Positions 1-9,596 of a stretch of 64,000 nt of DNA are shown piece after piece; the stretch's first letter is position 1, and every line of letters begins with the position of its first letter. The DNA lies in contig CAIQQM010000291.1 of NCBI GenBank assembly GCA_903873945.1, positions 20,386-84,385 of the forward strand, read 5' to 3'. Below the pieces are notes generated by a model. The model had not been told where the DNA came from. It was given only the letters and a program-made list of their open reading frames with translations, and searched no databases. Both the position numbers and the translations under genes were made by a program. This stretch comes from an uncultured Verrucomicrobiota bacterium (GTDB lineage: Bacteria > Verrucomicrobiota > Verrucomicrobiia > Limisphaerales > UBA8199).

Positions 1-330
1 CTGGCAAACCGACTTGCGCCGGAGCATTGCGAAGCGATGCTGTCCGGAGCGCGAAAGTTTTCGGAGCGCATACTGACAGCGGGAGCTATTTTTCTCGGTT
101 CCTGGTCGCCAACCGTGGTGGGTGATTATGTCGCCGGGCCGAGCCACACCTTGCCCACGGGCGGCGCGGGAGCGTCATTTGCGGGGCTAACAGTGGACCA
201 ATTTCAAAGACGGACGAGCCTAGTTGAATATAACCGGGCTGCGCTGAAGAAAGCATTGCCGACGGTAGAAAAGTTCGCACAGATCGAGGGATTGAGCGCA
301 CACGGAAGAAGTGCGGCCGCCCGTTTTTAG
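1..330 (+). CDS. hisD: histidinol dehydrogenase, C-terminal part (5' end outside window)
   Basis: Frame 1 is open from base 1 (LANRLAPEHCEAML...). The segment ...VGDYVAGPSHTLPTGGAGASFAGLTVDQF...SAHGRSA matches the conserved HisD C-terminus. Stop at 328-330. Confidence 0.9.
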   Translation: MANRLAPEHCEAMLSGARKFSERILTAGAIFLGSWSPTVVGDYVAGPSHTLPTGGAGASFAGLTVDQFQRRTSLVEYNRAALKKALPTVEKFAQIEGLSAHGRSAAARF

Positions 331-532
331 AAACATAGCTACGCGCGTCGATGGCCGATAGGGCCGCAGGTTCGACCAAATTCTGGAACCCCATGCAGGG
401 GTGTGTTTCGAGAGCAATGCTGTCACTGTTTGGGACAATCAGCGAGTCTGAGTCGAAGGCTTTGCGGCGTCAGTGGAAGTTTTTCTTCCTTTCAGGCGCC
501 TTTTAAGGCATCTTTTCTGCTTAGAGAGCTGC

Positions 533-1351
533 GTGTACTTGGAATACTACAGCCTGACAGAACCGCCGTTCGACATTACGCCGAACCCCCGGTTTCTGTT
601 TTACAGCGCGAAACACCGCGAGGCGTTCAATCATTTGCTTTACGGTATTCGCGAGCGCAAAGGCTTCGTACAACTCACGGGGGAAGTTGGCGCGGGCAAA
701 ACGACGCTATGCCGTGCGATACTTGAGCAACTGGATAGCAGCCACTACGCGACAGCCCTCATCCTCAATCCGGTTATGAGCCCGGGCGAGCTGAGGAAGG
801 CAATCGCCGTCGAGTTCGGCTTACCGGTCAATGGGCTGGACCACCTGGATACACTGGCTGTGATCAACGAGTTTTTGCTCCAGCAAGCCGAGCGAAACAG
901 GGACGCGGTGCTGATTATAGACGAGGCGCAGGATTTGACGGACGAGTTGCTGGAACAGGTGCGACTGCTATCGAACCTGGAGACGGACAACCGCAAGCTA
1001 CTGCAAATCGTGTTGATGGGCCAGCCGGAGTTGCGGGTCCGGCTCAACAACCCACGCCTGCGCCAACTACGCCAACGGATCACGGTTCGTTATCACCTGC
1101 TGCCGCTGAACCGGCAGGAAGTGAATCAATATGTGCAACATCGCCTGCACATCTCCGGCGGGAACGGGATTCCCCGCTTCACACGACCGGCATTGTGGCG
1201 TGTTCATCGCTACAGCAAGGGTATTCCACGATTAGTAAATGCGGTTTGCGACAAGGCATTGCTGGCGGGCTTCGTGCAACAACGCGAACAGATTGATTTC
1301 AGCATGGTCGGTCGCGCAATCCGCGAGTTGGAAGGAGACATCCACGCATGA
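533..1351 (+). CDS. ExeA/GspA/MshM-like AAA ATPase (secretion/PEP-CTERM-locus type)
   Basis: Walker A GEVGAGKT and Walker B LIIDEAQ. The N-terminus YLEYYSLTEPPF is typical of the COG3267 family. I moved the start from 473 to the in-frame GTG at 533. No C-terminal peptidoglycan-binding domain. Confidence 0.85.
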   Translation: MYLEYYSLTEPPFDITPNPRFLFYSAKHREAFNHLLYGIRERKGFVQLTGEVGAGKTTLCRAILEQLDSSHYATALILNPVMSPGELRKAIAVEFGLPVNGLDHLDTLAVINEFLLQQAERNRDAVLIIDEAQDLTDELLEQVRLLSNLETDNRKLLQIVLMGQPELRVRLNNPRLRQLRQRITVRYHLLPLNRQEVNQYVQHRLHISGGNGIPRFTRPALWRVHRYSKGIPRLVNAVCDKALLAGFVQQREQIDFSMVGRAIRELEGDIHA

Positions 1352-1995
1352 GCTTGATCAATGACGCATTGAAGCGGGCCAAGCAGGCTCAACAGCAGAC
1401 CCCGCCACCATCCGAACCGCCTCCTCATACTCCGCCGATCGAACCCGCTCAACATGTCAGGCACAACCTCGGCTTGTTGTTACCGGCGATGCTTGCGGTC
1501 ATTGCAATACTCATGCTTTTTGTCATCTGGCAGGCGGCACAGAGAAGTCGCCCGGCACAAACCAACCAGCCCAAGGGTCAAACTAAAGTTGCGGCAAGCA
1601 CAAGAACCGCTCCGTCACCGGCGTCTCCACCCGCGCCAACCTTCACGAAGATTGACAAGCCAAGCCCTCCTTCGGAAGTGGCCGATGCTGCGAACGTGGT
1701 CGCGGCGCCAAGCGCTCTGGCGACAACGAATTCTGCGGTTCCCGGAAACGAAACGGGCGCAGTTACAAACACAAGCCCAACGAACGCGCTCACCGAACCG
1801 CCGGCTCCAAAACCCGCACCGCTAAGATTGCAGGCAATTATTTTTAACCCAAAACGGCCATCGGTGATGATCGGCGGCAAAACACTGTTCATCGGCGACA
1901 GGCTGGGCGAGTTACGGATTATAGCCATCGACCGAGGAAGCGTCATACTTGCAGGCGCGGGACAGACGAACGTTCTGACTCTACCTGATCAATAA
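1348..1995 (+). CDS. Pro-rich single-pass membrane protein with GspB-like C-terminal domain
   Basis: ATGA overlap with the upstream ATPase stop (1348-1351). One TM segment (LGLLLPAMLAVIAILMLFVIW) and a Pro/Ala/Thr-rich linker. The C-terminus LRLQAIIFNPKRPSVMIGGKTLFIGDRLGELRIIAIDRGSVIL resembles the T2SS protein B domain that partners ExeA. Confidence 0.55.
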   Translation: MSLINDALKRAKQAQQQTPPPSEPPPHTPPIEPAQHVRHNLGLLLPAMLAVIAILMLFVIWQAAQRSRPAQTNQPKGQTKVAASTRTAPSPASPPAPTFTKIDKPSPPSEVADAANVVAAPSALATTNSAVPGNETGAVTNTSPTNALTEPPAPKPAPLRLQAIIFNPKRPSVMIGGKTLFIGDRLGELRIIAIDRGSVILAGAGQTNVLTLPDQ

Positions 1996-2061
1996 CCCTT
2001 CAGGTCCAGGAAACTTTTTTCGCTTGGCGGCTACCCGGGATAACCGGATGATTGTCCGCCA

Positions 2062-2772
2062 ATGAATTTTCTTCGCACAAAATTTGCAACCTCGCCCGCG
2101 ACAGCCCGAGTGGCGCCATTTGTGATTTTTCTGGCGTTGACCGGTTGCCAGGGTTGGTTCGGCGAAGCCGGACGCTACTGGTTTTATCTCGCTAAAACGG
2201 TGGCCGGAGCATGGCTAATTTGGGATATGCGACCATTCATTTTGGAAATGAGGTGGACGTTCAGTTGGGAAGCCGTCGCCATCGGCATCGCAGTCGTTGT
2301 CGTGTGGATCGGACTTGATCCGTATTATTCAAGGCTGAGCGAGCTAACTTCCAAAATCGGATTGACCAAAGCCAGAAACGCGGCGGAACAGATACCCTGG
2401 AACCCCGCGCTCGAGTTCGGCAAGGGCACCGTGCTGGCATGGTTTTTCCTTATTGTTAGATTCGTCGGCCCCTCACTTGTGGTCCCGCCGCTTGAAGAAG
2501 TGTTTTATCGTTCGTTCCTCTATCGGTACCTTGTCAGAGTGGATTTTCAATCCCTTCCTCTCCGCCAATTGCACTGGGTATCGCTGTTTGTTACAGCCTT
2601 GATTTTTGCCTCCACGCACGAGCAATGGCTGGCGGCGATTTTTTGCGGGCTGGCATATCAATGGCTCGTGCTCCGCAAGAATCGGCTCGGAGACGCGATG
2701 GCCGCGCATGCGATTACCAACTTTCTGCTGGGGATTTGGGTGGTGTGGAAAGGCGCATGGAATTTCTGGTAA
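2062..2772 (+). CDS. CPBP family intramembrane glutamic endopeptidase (CAAX protease-related)
   Basis: Polytopic membrane protein. CPBP motifs are EEVFYRSFLY (EExxxR), FASTHEQW (FxxxH) and HAITNF (HxxxN/D). Confidence 0.8.
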   Translation: MNFLRTKFATSPATARVAPFVIFLALTGCQGWFGEAGRYWFYLAKTVAGAWLIWDMRPFILEMRWTFSWEAVAIGIAVVVVWIGLDPYYSRLSELTSKIGLTKARNAAEQIPWNPALEFGKGTVLAWFFLIVRFVGPSLVVPPLEEVFYRSFLYRYLVRVDFQSLPLRQLHWVSLFVTALIFASTHEQWLAAIFCGLAYQWLVLRKNRLGDAMAAHAITNFLLGIWVVWKGAWNFW

Positions 2773-2832
2773 GAAGGACCTCGCCGCAAACCCGCCAAGC
2801 CTCACGCGAGTCGCGTTCGACATTTTCCAGTT

Positions 2833-4599
2833 TTGTGGTTTCATTGGCCCGTGCTGCCATGTTTGCTCTTCGAAGATGATGATTTGCTGGTGGTGAACAA
2901 ACCCGCCGGTCTTAACACGCACGCACCGAGTCCCTACGCCGGAGAAGGCCTCTATGATTGGTTGCGGCACCGGGAGCCGCGCTGGGCGAAACTGGCCATC
3001 ATCCATCGGCTGGACAAGGAAACGTCCGGGGTAATCGTCTTCTCCAAGACCCAGGCAAGCAACCGCTCGCTTACCGAACAATTCACAAGACGCACCGTTC
3101 GGAAGAGTTACATTTTATTGACCGACCGCCCAATTCCACAAAAGGAACTTGCGGTAAGAACCGCTCTTATTCGCACAGGAGCGAAGTACGCGAGCCGCCC
3201 GCCGGGCTCGGGTGCAGAGCTGGCCGAAACGCACTTTCGCCCCCTTCTGGCAGCCGACGCGAACAAGCTCATTGTCATACCGCCCCCCAACCTTCACTCC
3301 CATCTATCCGGCAGCTGGATCCGCGCCGGCGGCCGCAACTTAATGGAAGCCAAGCCCCTTACTGGTCGCACGCATCAGATTCGGGTTCATGCAACAGAAA
3401 ATGGCTTCCCGATTCTCGGCGATACGCTTTATGGCGGCACTCCAGCCGCGCGTATTTACCTGCACGCTGCCGAGATAATTCTGAAACATCCCGTTTCTGG
3501 AAAGGAAATGAGCTTCCGCGCTCCGGTCGAGGCGGCTTTCCTGGAGGCCCCACGAGGGTCGGGAAGCGCGACCGAATACCCTGCTTATCTCGCCTCGCGA
3601 ATGGCCCTAACTGACGAGGACTTAAGCGATGCCTATTGCCTAATTCACGGGGCGGCAGATGGCTGGCCGACCTGGCACGTGGAACGGCTCGGGAAATTCC
3701 TGCTATCACAGAGCGACCGGACCTTGAGCGCGGCCCAGCGTGAAGAACTGGCGCGGTTGATGAAAATTCTTCCGACTTGTGGTGCTTACCACAAGATTCT
3801 GACACGGCAAGCGCAACGAACGCCGCTCCCGGAAGCGTGCCCACAAGTTGTGCTAGGAGATGCGGCTCCCGAGCGATTCGTCGTACGCGAAAACGGCATG
3901 CAATTCGAATTGAGCCTGAGCGAAGGATATTCGATCGGGCTGTTTCTCGACCAGCGGGATAACCGGCGGCGACTGCTCACCGGGCACATCGCCGGAGGTT
4001 TTCCGCTGTCGGAAGAAGTCAGCCAGCCAACCAATCTGCCGGCCGAAGGGATAACGAAGCCGAAGCCCCGCCCCGTGATTGAAATCCTCAATACGTTCGC
4101 ATACACGTGCGGTTTTTCCGTGTGCGCAGCACAGGCTGGCGCCCGGACGACGAATCTCGATCTATCAAAAAAATATCTCGATTGGGGGAAGCGCAATTTT
4201 GCGCTAAATCAGATCGATGCCGCGCAGCATAATTTTATTTACGGTGACATATTCGAATGGCTGCGCCGACTGGGCAGGAAGCGGCGCATGTTCGACGCCA
4301 TCCTGCTCGACCCGCCGACGTTTTCGCAATCCAGAGAATCGGGCGTGTTCAGAGCAGAAAAGGATTATGGCAGCCTGGTAACAGCGGCCCTGCCGCTGCT
4401 GCGGAGAAATGGCGTTCTTTTTGCATCGGCTAACGCCGCCAGCTGGCGATCGGCGAACTTCCTGATCTGCCTCGATGAGGCAATCCGAAGGGCGGAACGA
4501 ACAATTCTTCAGCGCCACTACGTACCGCAGCCGCCGGATTTTCCAATTTCGCGTTCAGAACCGGCGTATTTAAAGACCGTTTGGCTACGAGTCCAATAG
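2833..4599 (+). CDS. fusion protein: RluA-family pseudouridine synthase (N) + RlmI/COG1092-like SAM-dependent RNA methyltransferase (C)
   Basis: The N-terminal half has LLVVNKPAGLNTH, the catalytic-Asp motif HRLDKETSG, and GRTHQIRVH. The C-terminal half has FLDQRDNR, NTFAYTCGFSV, and LDPPTFSQS. It is one uninterrupted 588-codon frame with a TTG start at 2833. Confidence 0.8.
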   Translation: MWFHWPVLPCLLFEDDDLLVVNKPAGLNTHAPSPYAGEGLYDWLRHREPRWAKLAIIHRLDKETSGVIVFSKTQASNRSLTEQFTRRTVRKSYILLTDRPIPQKELAVRTALIRTGAKYASRPPGSGAELAETHFRPLLAADANKLIVIPPPNLHSHLSGSWIRAGGRNLMEAKPLTGRTHQIRVHATENGFPILGDTLYGGTPAARIYLHAAEIILKHPVSGKEMSFRAPVEAAFLEAPRGSGSATEYPAYLASRMALTDEDLSDAYCLIHGAADGWPTWHVERLGKFLLSQSDRTLSAAQREELARLMKILPTCGAYHKILTRQAQRTPLPEACPQVVLGDAAPERFVVRENGMQFELSLSEGYSIGLFLDQRDNRRRLLTGHIAGGFPLSEEVSQPTNLPAEGITKPKPRPVIEILNTFAYTCGFSVCAAQAGARTTNLDLSKKYLDWGKRNFALNQIDAAQHNFIYGDIFEWLRRLGRKRRMFDAILLDPPTFSQSRESGVFRAEKDYGSLVTAALPLLRRNGVLFASANAASWRSANFLICLDEAIRRAERTILQRHYVPQPPDFPISRSEPAYLKTVWLRVQ

Positions 4600-4661
4600 G
4601 AGCCTTAGATGGCCAACCTTAAGGGATTGTCCCGTGCAGACGCAAAACGTGTCCGGGGCAC

Positions 4662-6017
4662 CTATTTCTTATCGCGTTCGAGTGAATGGGTGATGAGGCT
4701 CCCGCGAGAAGCGGGGCGCAACCGGCGTAGCATCAGAATGGCCAACGCCAGAAATGCGCCAACCAAAATGATTCCAGCGATCCAGATAGTCCTTCTGTCA
4801 AGAGGGCTTTGGGGCGGAACAACCACACCGCTCTGGATCGGCGGCACGGTCGATGAGGACGCGGCAAGATTACTGACGGCAGGAGAGAAAGGTGCGGACC
4901 CGGAACCGGAAGAGGCTTCGCTCGTCGCGGCGGACTTCCCTGGTGCTGAAAGAGGTTGGGGGGCCGGCGCCGCCACAGCAGGAGCGGTGGCACTTGGCTT
5001 AGGTTGCTCAACCACCACAGGCTCTGGTTTTAGATTGAGCGTCTTTGCAGTTTCCGCCTTTGATTCCACCAACGGAGCCATGGTTGGCAATGGTTTGATG
5101 GTCGTTTCGAGTCCTTGTTTTTCTGGCGCCGCCAGGCTTGTGTCGGCACTACCGACTCTGGATGTGGGGGCTGAATCTCCTGTCTTAGCCTTCAAAGATT
5201 CCGGCTGTACCGGGGCGATTTTTTCGGCTTCAGTTTTTCTCCCGGATAGAATAAGCGGGGCTGCCATAACTGGCTGAGGAACAGGTTGAGGTTTAAGGAG
5301 CACTATCTCCGGCTTTTTTGGAGGTGCAGCCAGCAATTCGGAGGGCAGCGGCGGAAGTTCCACGGGCCAGGAAGCCGGGTTCACCTTAAAATCCATAATC
5401 TGGCCACCTTTTGCGCGCAAAACAGTGACAAACGGCGTTCGTACCTTCTGTTGCCCCTTACGCCACAGTTTGTAAGCCTCGTTGATCTGAGCGTCAAAAG
5501 GCGTGCCATGGATTGGCTCTGCGCCGTCGGAAATGAGGAGCACGGTGATAAAATCCGATTCTTCGATCAGGCGATCCATAGTGGGCAAGACACTGTCCAA
5601 TCGACCCAGTTTTTCGTACTTCTGGTTGTTGAGAAAGGTGAGCACCAGATCGGGAACAGTCCGCCAGGCTTCGGGCGACCATTGTTGCAACGGGAAACGT
5701 CCAGCGTAAAGGTACCGGTTAAACGTCCAGAGGCCAATCGTATCGCCAGGCCGCAGTTGACCTTTCATGCCTGAACCGAGCAAATCCTGAACGGCCTGGA
5801 GAGCCGCGCCTTTCCGAGGCCGCATAGAACGCGAAGTCTCAACGATGAACAAATAACGGTTAGACAACGGAGCCGGAGTCGCGCGTGGGGCCTGGGCACA
5901 GATCCGGGAGGGCGGGGACACAATCAAAAACAGAAGCGCCGCAAACAGCGCGGCAGCGAGCCCGGAATGCAGGTCAAGAATTCGAATTCGTTTTTTCACT
6001 CGATCGCTGATACGCAT
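4662..6017 (-). CDS. membrane-anchored von Willebrand factor A (VWA) domain protein with Pro-rich spacer
   Basis: N-terminal hydrophobic segment. VWA-like core (FIVETSRSMR...ITVLLISDGAEPIHGTPFD), a long P/A/S-rich linker, and a C-terminal TM plus basic tail. The ORF-track start at 6044 is TTG. I prefer the ATG at 6017, which avoids overlap with the upstream gene. Confidence 0.7.
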   Translation of the reverse strand: MRISDRVKKRIRILDLHSGLAAALFAALLFLIVSPPSRICAQAPRATPAPLSNRYLFIVETSRSMRPRKGAALQAVQDLLGSGMKGQLRPGDTIGLWTFNRYLYAGRFPLQQWSPEAWRTVPDLVLTFLNNQKYEKLGRLDSVLPTMDRLIEESDFITVLLISDGAEPIHGTPFDAQINEAYKLWRKGQQKVRTPFVTVLRAKGGQIMDFKVNPASWPVELPPLPSELLAAPPKKPEIVLLKPQPVPQPVMAAPLILSGRKTEAEKIAPVQPESLKAKTGDSAPTSRVGSADTSLAAPEKQGLETTIKPLPTMAPLVESKAETAKTLNLKPEPVVVEQPKPSATAPAVAAPAPQPLSAPGKSAATSEASSGSGSAPFSPAVSNLAASSSTVPPIQSGVVVPPQSPLDRRTIWIAGIILVGAFLALAILMLRRLRPASRGSLITHSLERDKK

Positions 6018-6022
6018 TTCAG

Positions 6023-6493
6023 TTATCGGCGGCGCTGAAAGCAATGCCGCTCTTGCCGGTTATGATGTTTAATATCATCAGCCTGTTCCGCCAAGGTATT
6101 TTCGATGGTTTGAATGAAGTTCGAACAGGTCGATGCCAAGCCACCGAGGCTAATGACCGTGTCGCGCTCGGCGTGGTCGTCGGTGACGGCAAGAATTTCA
6201 CCGTATGAATTGAAGCGGTGCGTGGCGCGCTCGATCATCTGATCGGCTGTCTGACCGCGCCGCGAATAAAGCACTTCCATTTCAGGACTCGACAAAGCTG
6301 GGGGCGTGCCGGCCCGAGCGCCGGCACCGTCGAAAAAAACGGTGATCGGTATGTTGATCGCGTCACGGTAGAGCGCAAGCCGCTGGATTAGCTCATCGCG
6401 GGCGGCAGCAGAATGGCGCGGCCTGCCCGGCGCGAGTTCCGGCCAGTTATGCAACAGGCTGTAGCCATCAACCAAAATTCTGACCAACGCCAT
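6023..6493 (-). CDS. YacP/NYN-domain (PIN-like) putative RNase
   Basis: MALVRILVDGYSLLH...ITVFFDGAG...VLYSRRGQTADQMIE...ILAVTDDHAERD matches the YacP-like NYN architecture. The upstream 85 codons of the 241-aa ORF overlap the nfeD start region and look non-coding. Confidence 0.75.
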   Translation of the reverse strand: MALVRILVDGYSLLHNWPELAPGRPRHSAAARDELIQRLALYRDAINIPITVFFDGAGARAGTPPALSSPEMEVLYSRRGQTADQMIERATHRFNSYGEILAVTDDHAERDTVISLGGLASTCSNFIQTIENTLAEQADDIKHHNRQERHCFQRRR

Positions 6494-6647
6494 AATTGAT
6501 GTAACGATACTGCCGGGCCGCTGAATTGAAAGATTCAAACGCAAGGTGATCCCGGCAGGTGAATTGCGCCATCCAACTCGAGTCCAAGTTGAATATGAAT
6601 TGCACACGGCAGCAGTTTTGATTACTATGAAATGCAACGGGGATGTT

Positions 6648-7931
6648 ATGAAGCGAAAGGCGTTCATTGGGGTCGCGGCGCTGTGGTGCGCCACCATGGT
6701 CCCGCTCCAAGCAGCAGAGGTTGGGCTTATCAAAGTTGATGGCACCATCGGTCCGGCGACTGCCAGCTACATCGCCCGGGCCATAGAAACGGCCGAAGCC
6801 CGCAATTATTCCTGCCTGATCATTCAGCTCGACACCCCAGGCGGGCTGCTGGATTCCACAAAGGACATTGTTCAACAAATTTACGCTTCGAAAGTACCCA
6901 CAGTTTCGTACGTAGCGCCGGCGCCGGCCCGCGCGGGCAGCGCGGGTGTCTTTATCACCCTGGCGGCGAACATTGCAGCAATGGCTCCGCACACAAGAAT
7001 CGGCGCAGCCCACCCCGTAAACCTCGGCAGTGGCGGAGAGGTGGAAAAGACGGACGACGTGATGAAAAAGAAGCAAGAAAACGACACGGCAAGTTTTGCC
7101 GAATCCATTGCGGACAAGCGCAATCGCAATGCGGAATGGGCCAGGTCGGCCGTAGTCGAAAGCGCTTCGATTACAGCGGAAAAGGCGCTTGATCTCAAAG
7201 TCGTTGATTTGATTGCCAAAGACATTCCCGATTTGCTGGAACAAATCGACGGACGCACAGCGGATGGACAGGAGTTGCATACATCGAAAGCGACGGTGAT
7301 AAAAATTCCAATGACTACGCGCGAAACTTTCCTGCAATTGGTCTTGCGCCCCGAGGTAATGTTCATCCTTATGCTGATTGTGATTTACGGGATCATCGGG
7401 GAACTGAGCAGTCCCGGGGCAATCCTGCCGGGGGTCGCTGGAGCGATAGCCCTCATCCTCGTGCTCTACATGTCCGCCATTCTGCCAGTAAACATGGCCG
7501 GGTTGGCGCTGATCGCGCTGGCGCTTGTCCTGTTCATCGCGGATATTTTTGCGCCAACGCACGGGGTCCTGACCTTTGGCGGCATTCTGGCTTTTTTCCT
7601 AGGTGCTCTGATGTTTTTTAACCGCACCGATCCGGCCTTTCGTCTCTCGCTCGCCTATATCGTCCCGGCCACATTGGTGACGGCTTTGTTCTTCATGTTC
7701 GTTGTTGGGGCGGGCTTGCGCGCGCAGTTTCTGCCCGTGCGGGCCGGCCGGGAAGCCATGCTCGGCAAGACCACTGTCGCCATCACGGCCATCAGGGCGA
7801 CAGAAGGCAAAGTGTTTGTAGAAGGCGAATATTGGAACGTCTCCAGCGACACACCCATTGAACCTGGCCAAGCGGTTGAAATCGTGGAAATCCAGGGGCT
7901 CACCTTGAAAGTGAAACCCAAAATACTCTGA
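6648..7931 (+). CDS. NfeD-family membrane-bound serine protease (ClpP-class) with C-terminal OB domain
   Basis: Signal peptide MKRKAFIGVAALWCATMVPLQA. ClpP-like domain (IIQLDTPGGLLDST...AGSAGVFI), four TM segments, and a C-terminal NfeD OB domain (GKVFVEGEYWNVSSD). Directly upstream of a stomatin gene. Confidence 0.85.
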   Translation: MKRKAFIGVAALWCATMVPLQAAEVGLIKVDGTIGPATASYIARAIETAEARNYSCLIIQLDTPGGLLDSTKDIVQQIYASKVPTVSYVAPAPARAGSAGVFITLAANIAAMAPHTRIGAAHPVNLGSGGEVEKTDDVMKKKQENDTASFAESIADKRNRNAEWARSAVVESASITAEKALDLKVVDLIAKDIPDLLEQIDGRTADGQELHTSKATVIKIPMTTRETFLQLVLRPEVMFILMLIVIYGIIGELSSPGAILPGVAGAIALILVLYMSAILPVNMAGLALIALALVLFIADIFAPTHGVLTFGGILAFFLGALMFFNRTDPAFRLSLAYIVPATLVTALFFMFVVGAGLRAQFLPVRAGREAMLGKTTVAITAIRATEGKVFVEGEYWNVSSDTPIEPGQAVEIVEIQGLTLKVKPKIL

Positions 7932-7980
7932 ATCCGCCCCACTTCCCCAAATCCGTTAAACCCCAAACCAAACCCAGATT

Positions 7981-8763
7981 ATGCCTGAACAAATTAACGC
8001 ACTCGCCAAGATTATTCCCTCACTCATCGTCATCCTCGTGCTGGCTTCGGTCATCCTGCCACAAGCTGTACGCATTCTGCGCGAATATGAGCGCGGGGTT
8101 ATTTTCCGACTTGGAAAACTGCTCAGCGCCAAAGGGCCGGGAATGATCCTCCTGATTCCCGTTGTTGACCGCATGGTAAAGATGGACTTGCGCGTAGTCA
8201 CCATCGACGTCGCCAAACAGGAAATCATGACTCGCGATAACGTGCCCGCCACCGTTGATGCGGTAGTTTATTTTCGCGTCGTGGACCCGGTTGCGGCAGT
8301 GATCAAAGTGGAGAACTTCTGGAAAGCGACCTCGCTCATTGCGCAAACGACCCTCCGCAGCGTCCTGGGCCAGGCTCCGCTGGACGATCTGCTCTCACAA
8401 CGTGATGTGATCAACTTGAAGTTGCAGGAAATCATCGATCGCCAAACCGAGCCATGGGGCGTCAAAGTAACCGCGGTTGAGGTAAAGGACGTGTCGCTGC
8501 CCGACAGCATGAAACGCGCGATGGCCAAACAGGCGGAAGCTGAACGCGAGCGTCGCGCGAAAATCGTCAACGCCGAAGGCGAATTTCAGGCCGCGGAGAA
8601 GATGGTCCAGGCCGCCGCAATGATCAGCAAGGAACCCATCGCGCTCCAACTGCGCTTCCTCCAGACGATGCGTGAGATCTCCAGCGAGCACAACACCACC
8701 ACATTCCTGCCCGTTCCAATCGATCTGTTCAGCCCGTTCCTAAAAGGCCAGCAAAAATCCTAA
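7981..8763 (+). CDS. SPFH/stomatin-family (slipin) protein
   Basis: N-terminal TM, then [13 protein letters not shown]...[12 protein letters not shown]..., and a C-terminal coiled coil ([17 protein letters not shown]). Canonical partner of NfeD. Confidence 0.9.
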   Translation: MPEQINALAKIIPSLIVILVLASVILPQAVRILREYERGVIFRLGKLLSAKGPGMILLIPVVDRMVKMDLRVVTIDVAKQEIMTRDNVPATVDAVVYFRVVDPVAAVIKVENFWKATSLIAQTTLRSVLGQAPLDDLLSQRDVINLKLQEIIDRQTEPWGVKVTAVEVKDVSLPDSMKRAMAKQAEAERERRAKIVNAEGEFQAAEKMVQAAAMISKEPIALQLRFLQTMREISSEHNTTTFLPVPIDLFSPFLKGQQKS

Positions 8764-8893
8764 TGTCGGATCCGGAAGGCTGAGCTGCAAATCCGGCGGC
8801 GGTGAAGGGCGGAATCCGCTTTACCGCCCCGGGCCAGCCTTGGTCAACCGATTTTAGGTTCGACACCCAACGCTCGAAATTTAAGAATACGCT

Positions 8894-9130
8894 GTGCCCC
8901 TTTACGAATACGAACTCTGCGAAGGCGACTGCAAAGTCTGCGGAGGCAAGTTCACCCTGCGTCGGCCACTGTCGGCGGCACCCTTGACGAAGTGCCCGGT
9001 TTGCAAGAAGCCCGTCCGTAAAGTTTGGTCCGCCTTTAACTCGCCCAAAACACTCTCGATTTCGGACGCAAAAAAAGCCGGTTTTACCGTCCTTAAACGC
9101 GTTAACAAAGGCGAGTACGAACGCCAATAG
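8894..9130 (+). CDS. FmdB-family zinc-ribbon protein
   Basis: GTG start. MPLYEYELCEGDC..CGGKF...CPVCKK gives the CxxC...CxxC pattern with the PxYEYxC N-terminus typical of the family. Confidence 0.8.
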   Translation: MPLYEYELCEGDCKVCGGKFTLRRPLSAAPLTKCPVCKKPVRKVWSAFNSPKTLSISDAKKAGFTVLKRVNKGEYERQ

Positions 9131-9325
9131 CCAACCCGGCGGGGCTTGACTCCAGTTTGTGCGAAAAGTGAAGACTGGCTGAGGCGGAATGGAATAGAAT
9201 TGCTTTTGGGGAAGCATTTGTGGCTTCATTGCCCGCAGTTGGAACCGGTGGCGAGGTGATTTTCCTCCCGGGAGCGGGCCGCGTGTGGCATATTGGAGCA
9301 GGTTTGGGCTGTGAATCGCAAGCAA

Positions 9326-9589
9326 ATGCGGATTCTATATTCTGGCAGCGTGCAAGGCGTGGGGTTCCGCTATACTGTGAGAACGGTTGCCAATGGGTTC
9401 GAGGTCACGGGAATGGTTCGCAATCTTGCCGATGGCTGTGTAGAGCTAGTTGCCGAAGGCTCGAAAGACGAGTTGGATGCGTTCCGGCAAGGGATCAAAG
9501 AGTCGGGTCTGGAACACTTTATCGGGAAGGAAGACGTCAGCTGGGGCGAGGCCAGCAATGGGTTTCGCGGGTTCGAAATTGTGAGATAG
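9326..9589 (+). CDS. acyP: acylphosphatase
   Basis: ILYSGSVQGVGFRYTVRTVA...VTGMVRNLADGCVELVAEG is the acylphosphatase signature. I prefer the ATG at 9326 over the TTG at 9293. Confidence 0.85.
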   Translation: MRILYSGSVQGVGFRYTVRTVANGFEVTGMVRNLADGCVELVAEGSKDELDAFRQGIKESGLEHFIGKEDVSWGEASNGFRGFEIVR

Positions 9590-9596
9590 ACTTTAC

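Noticed and set aside
340-470. tRNA-like GGTTCGACC string in the hisD-exeA intergenic region.
   Set aside because: The flanking bases do not form a T-arm stem. I could not build an acceptor or anticodon arm.
6023-8763. NYN RNase plus NfeD-stomatin as a novel module.
   Set aside because: NfeD-SPFH operons are widespread and well described. The NYN gene is on the opposite strand and simply divergent, with no evidence of functional linkage.
8798-8828. 10-bp stem / 11-nt loop hairpin (GGCGGTGAAG...CTTTACCGCC) after the stomatin gene.
   Set aside because: There is no following U-tract, so it is not a convincing intrinsic terminator. It could be a transcript-stabilising structure, but that is untestable here.
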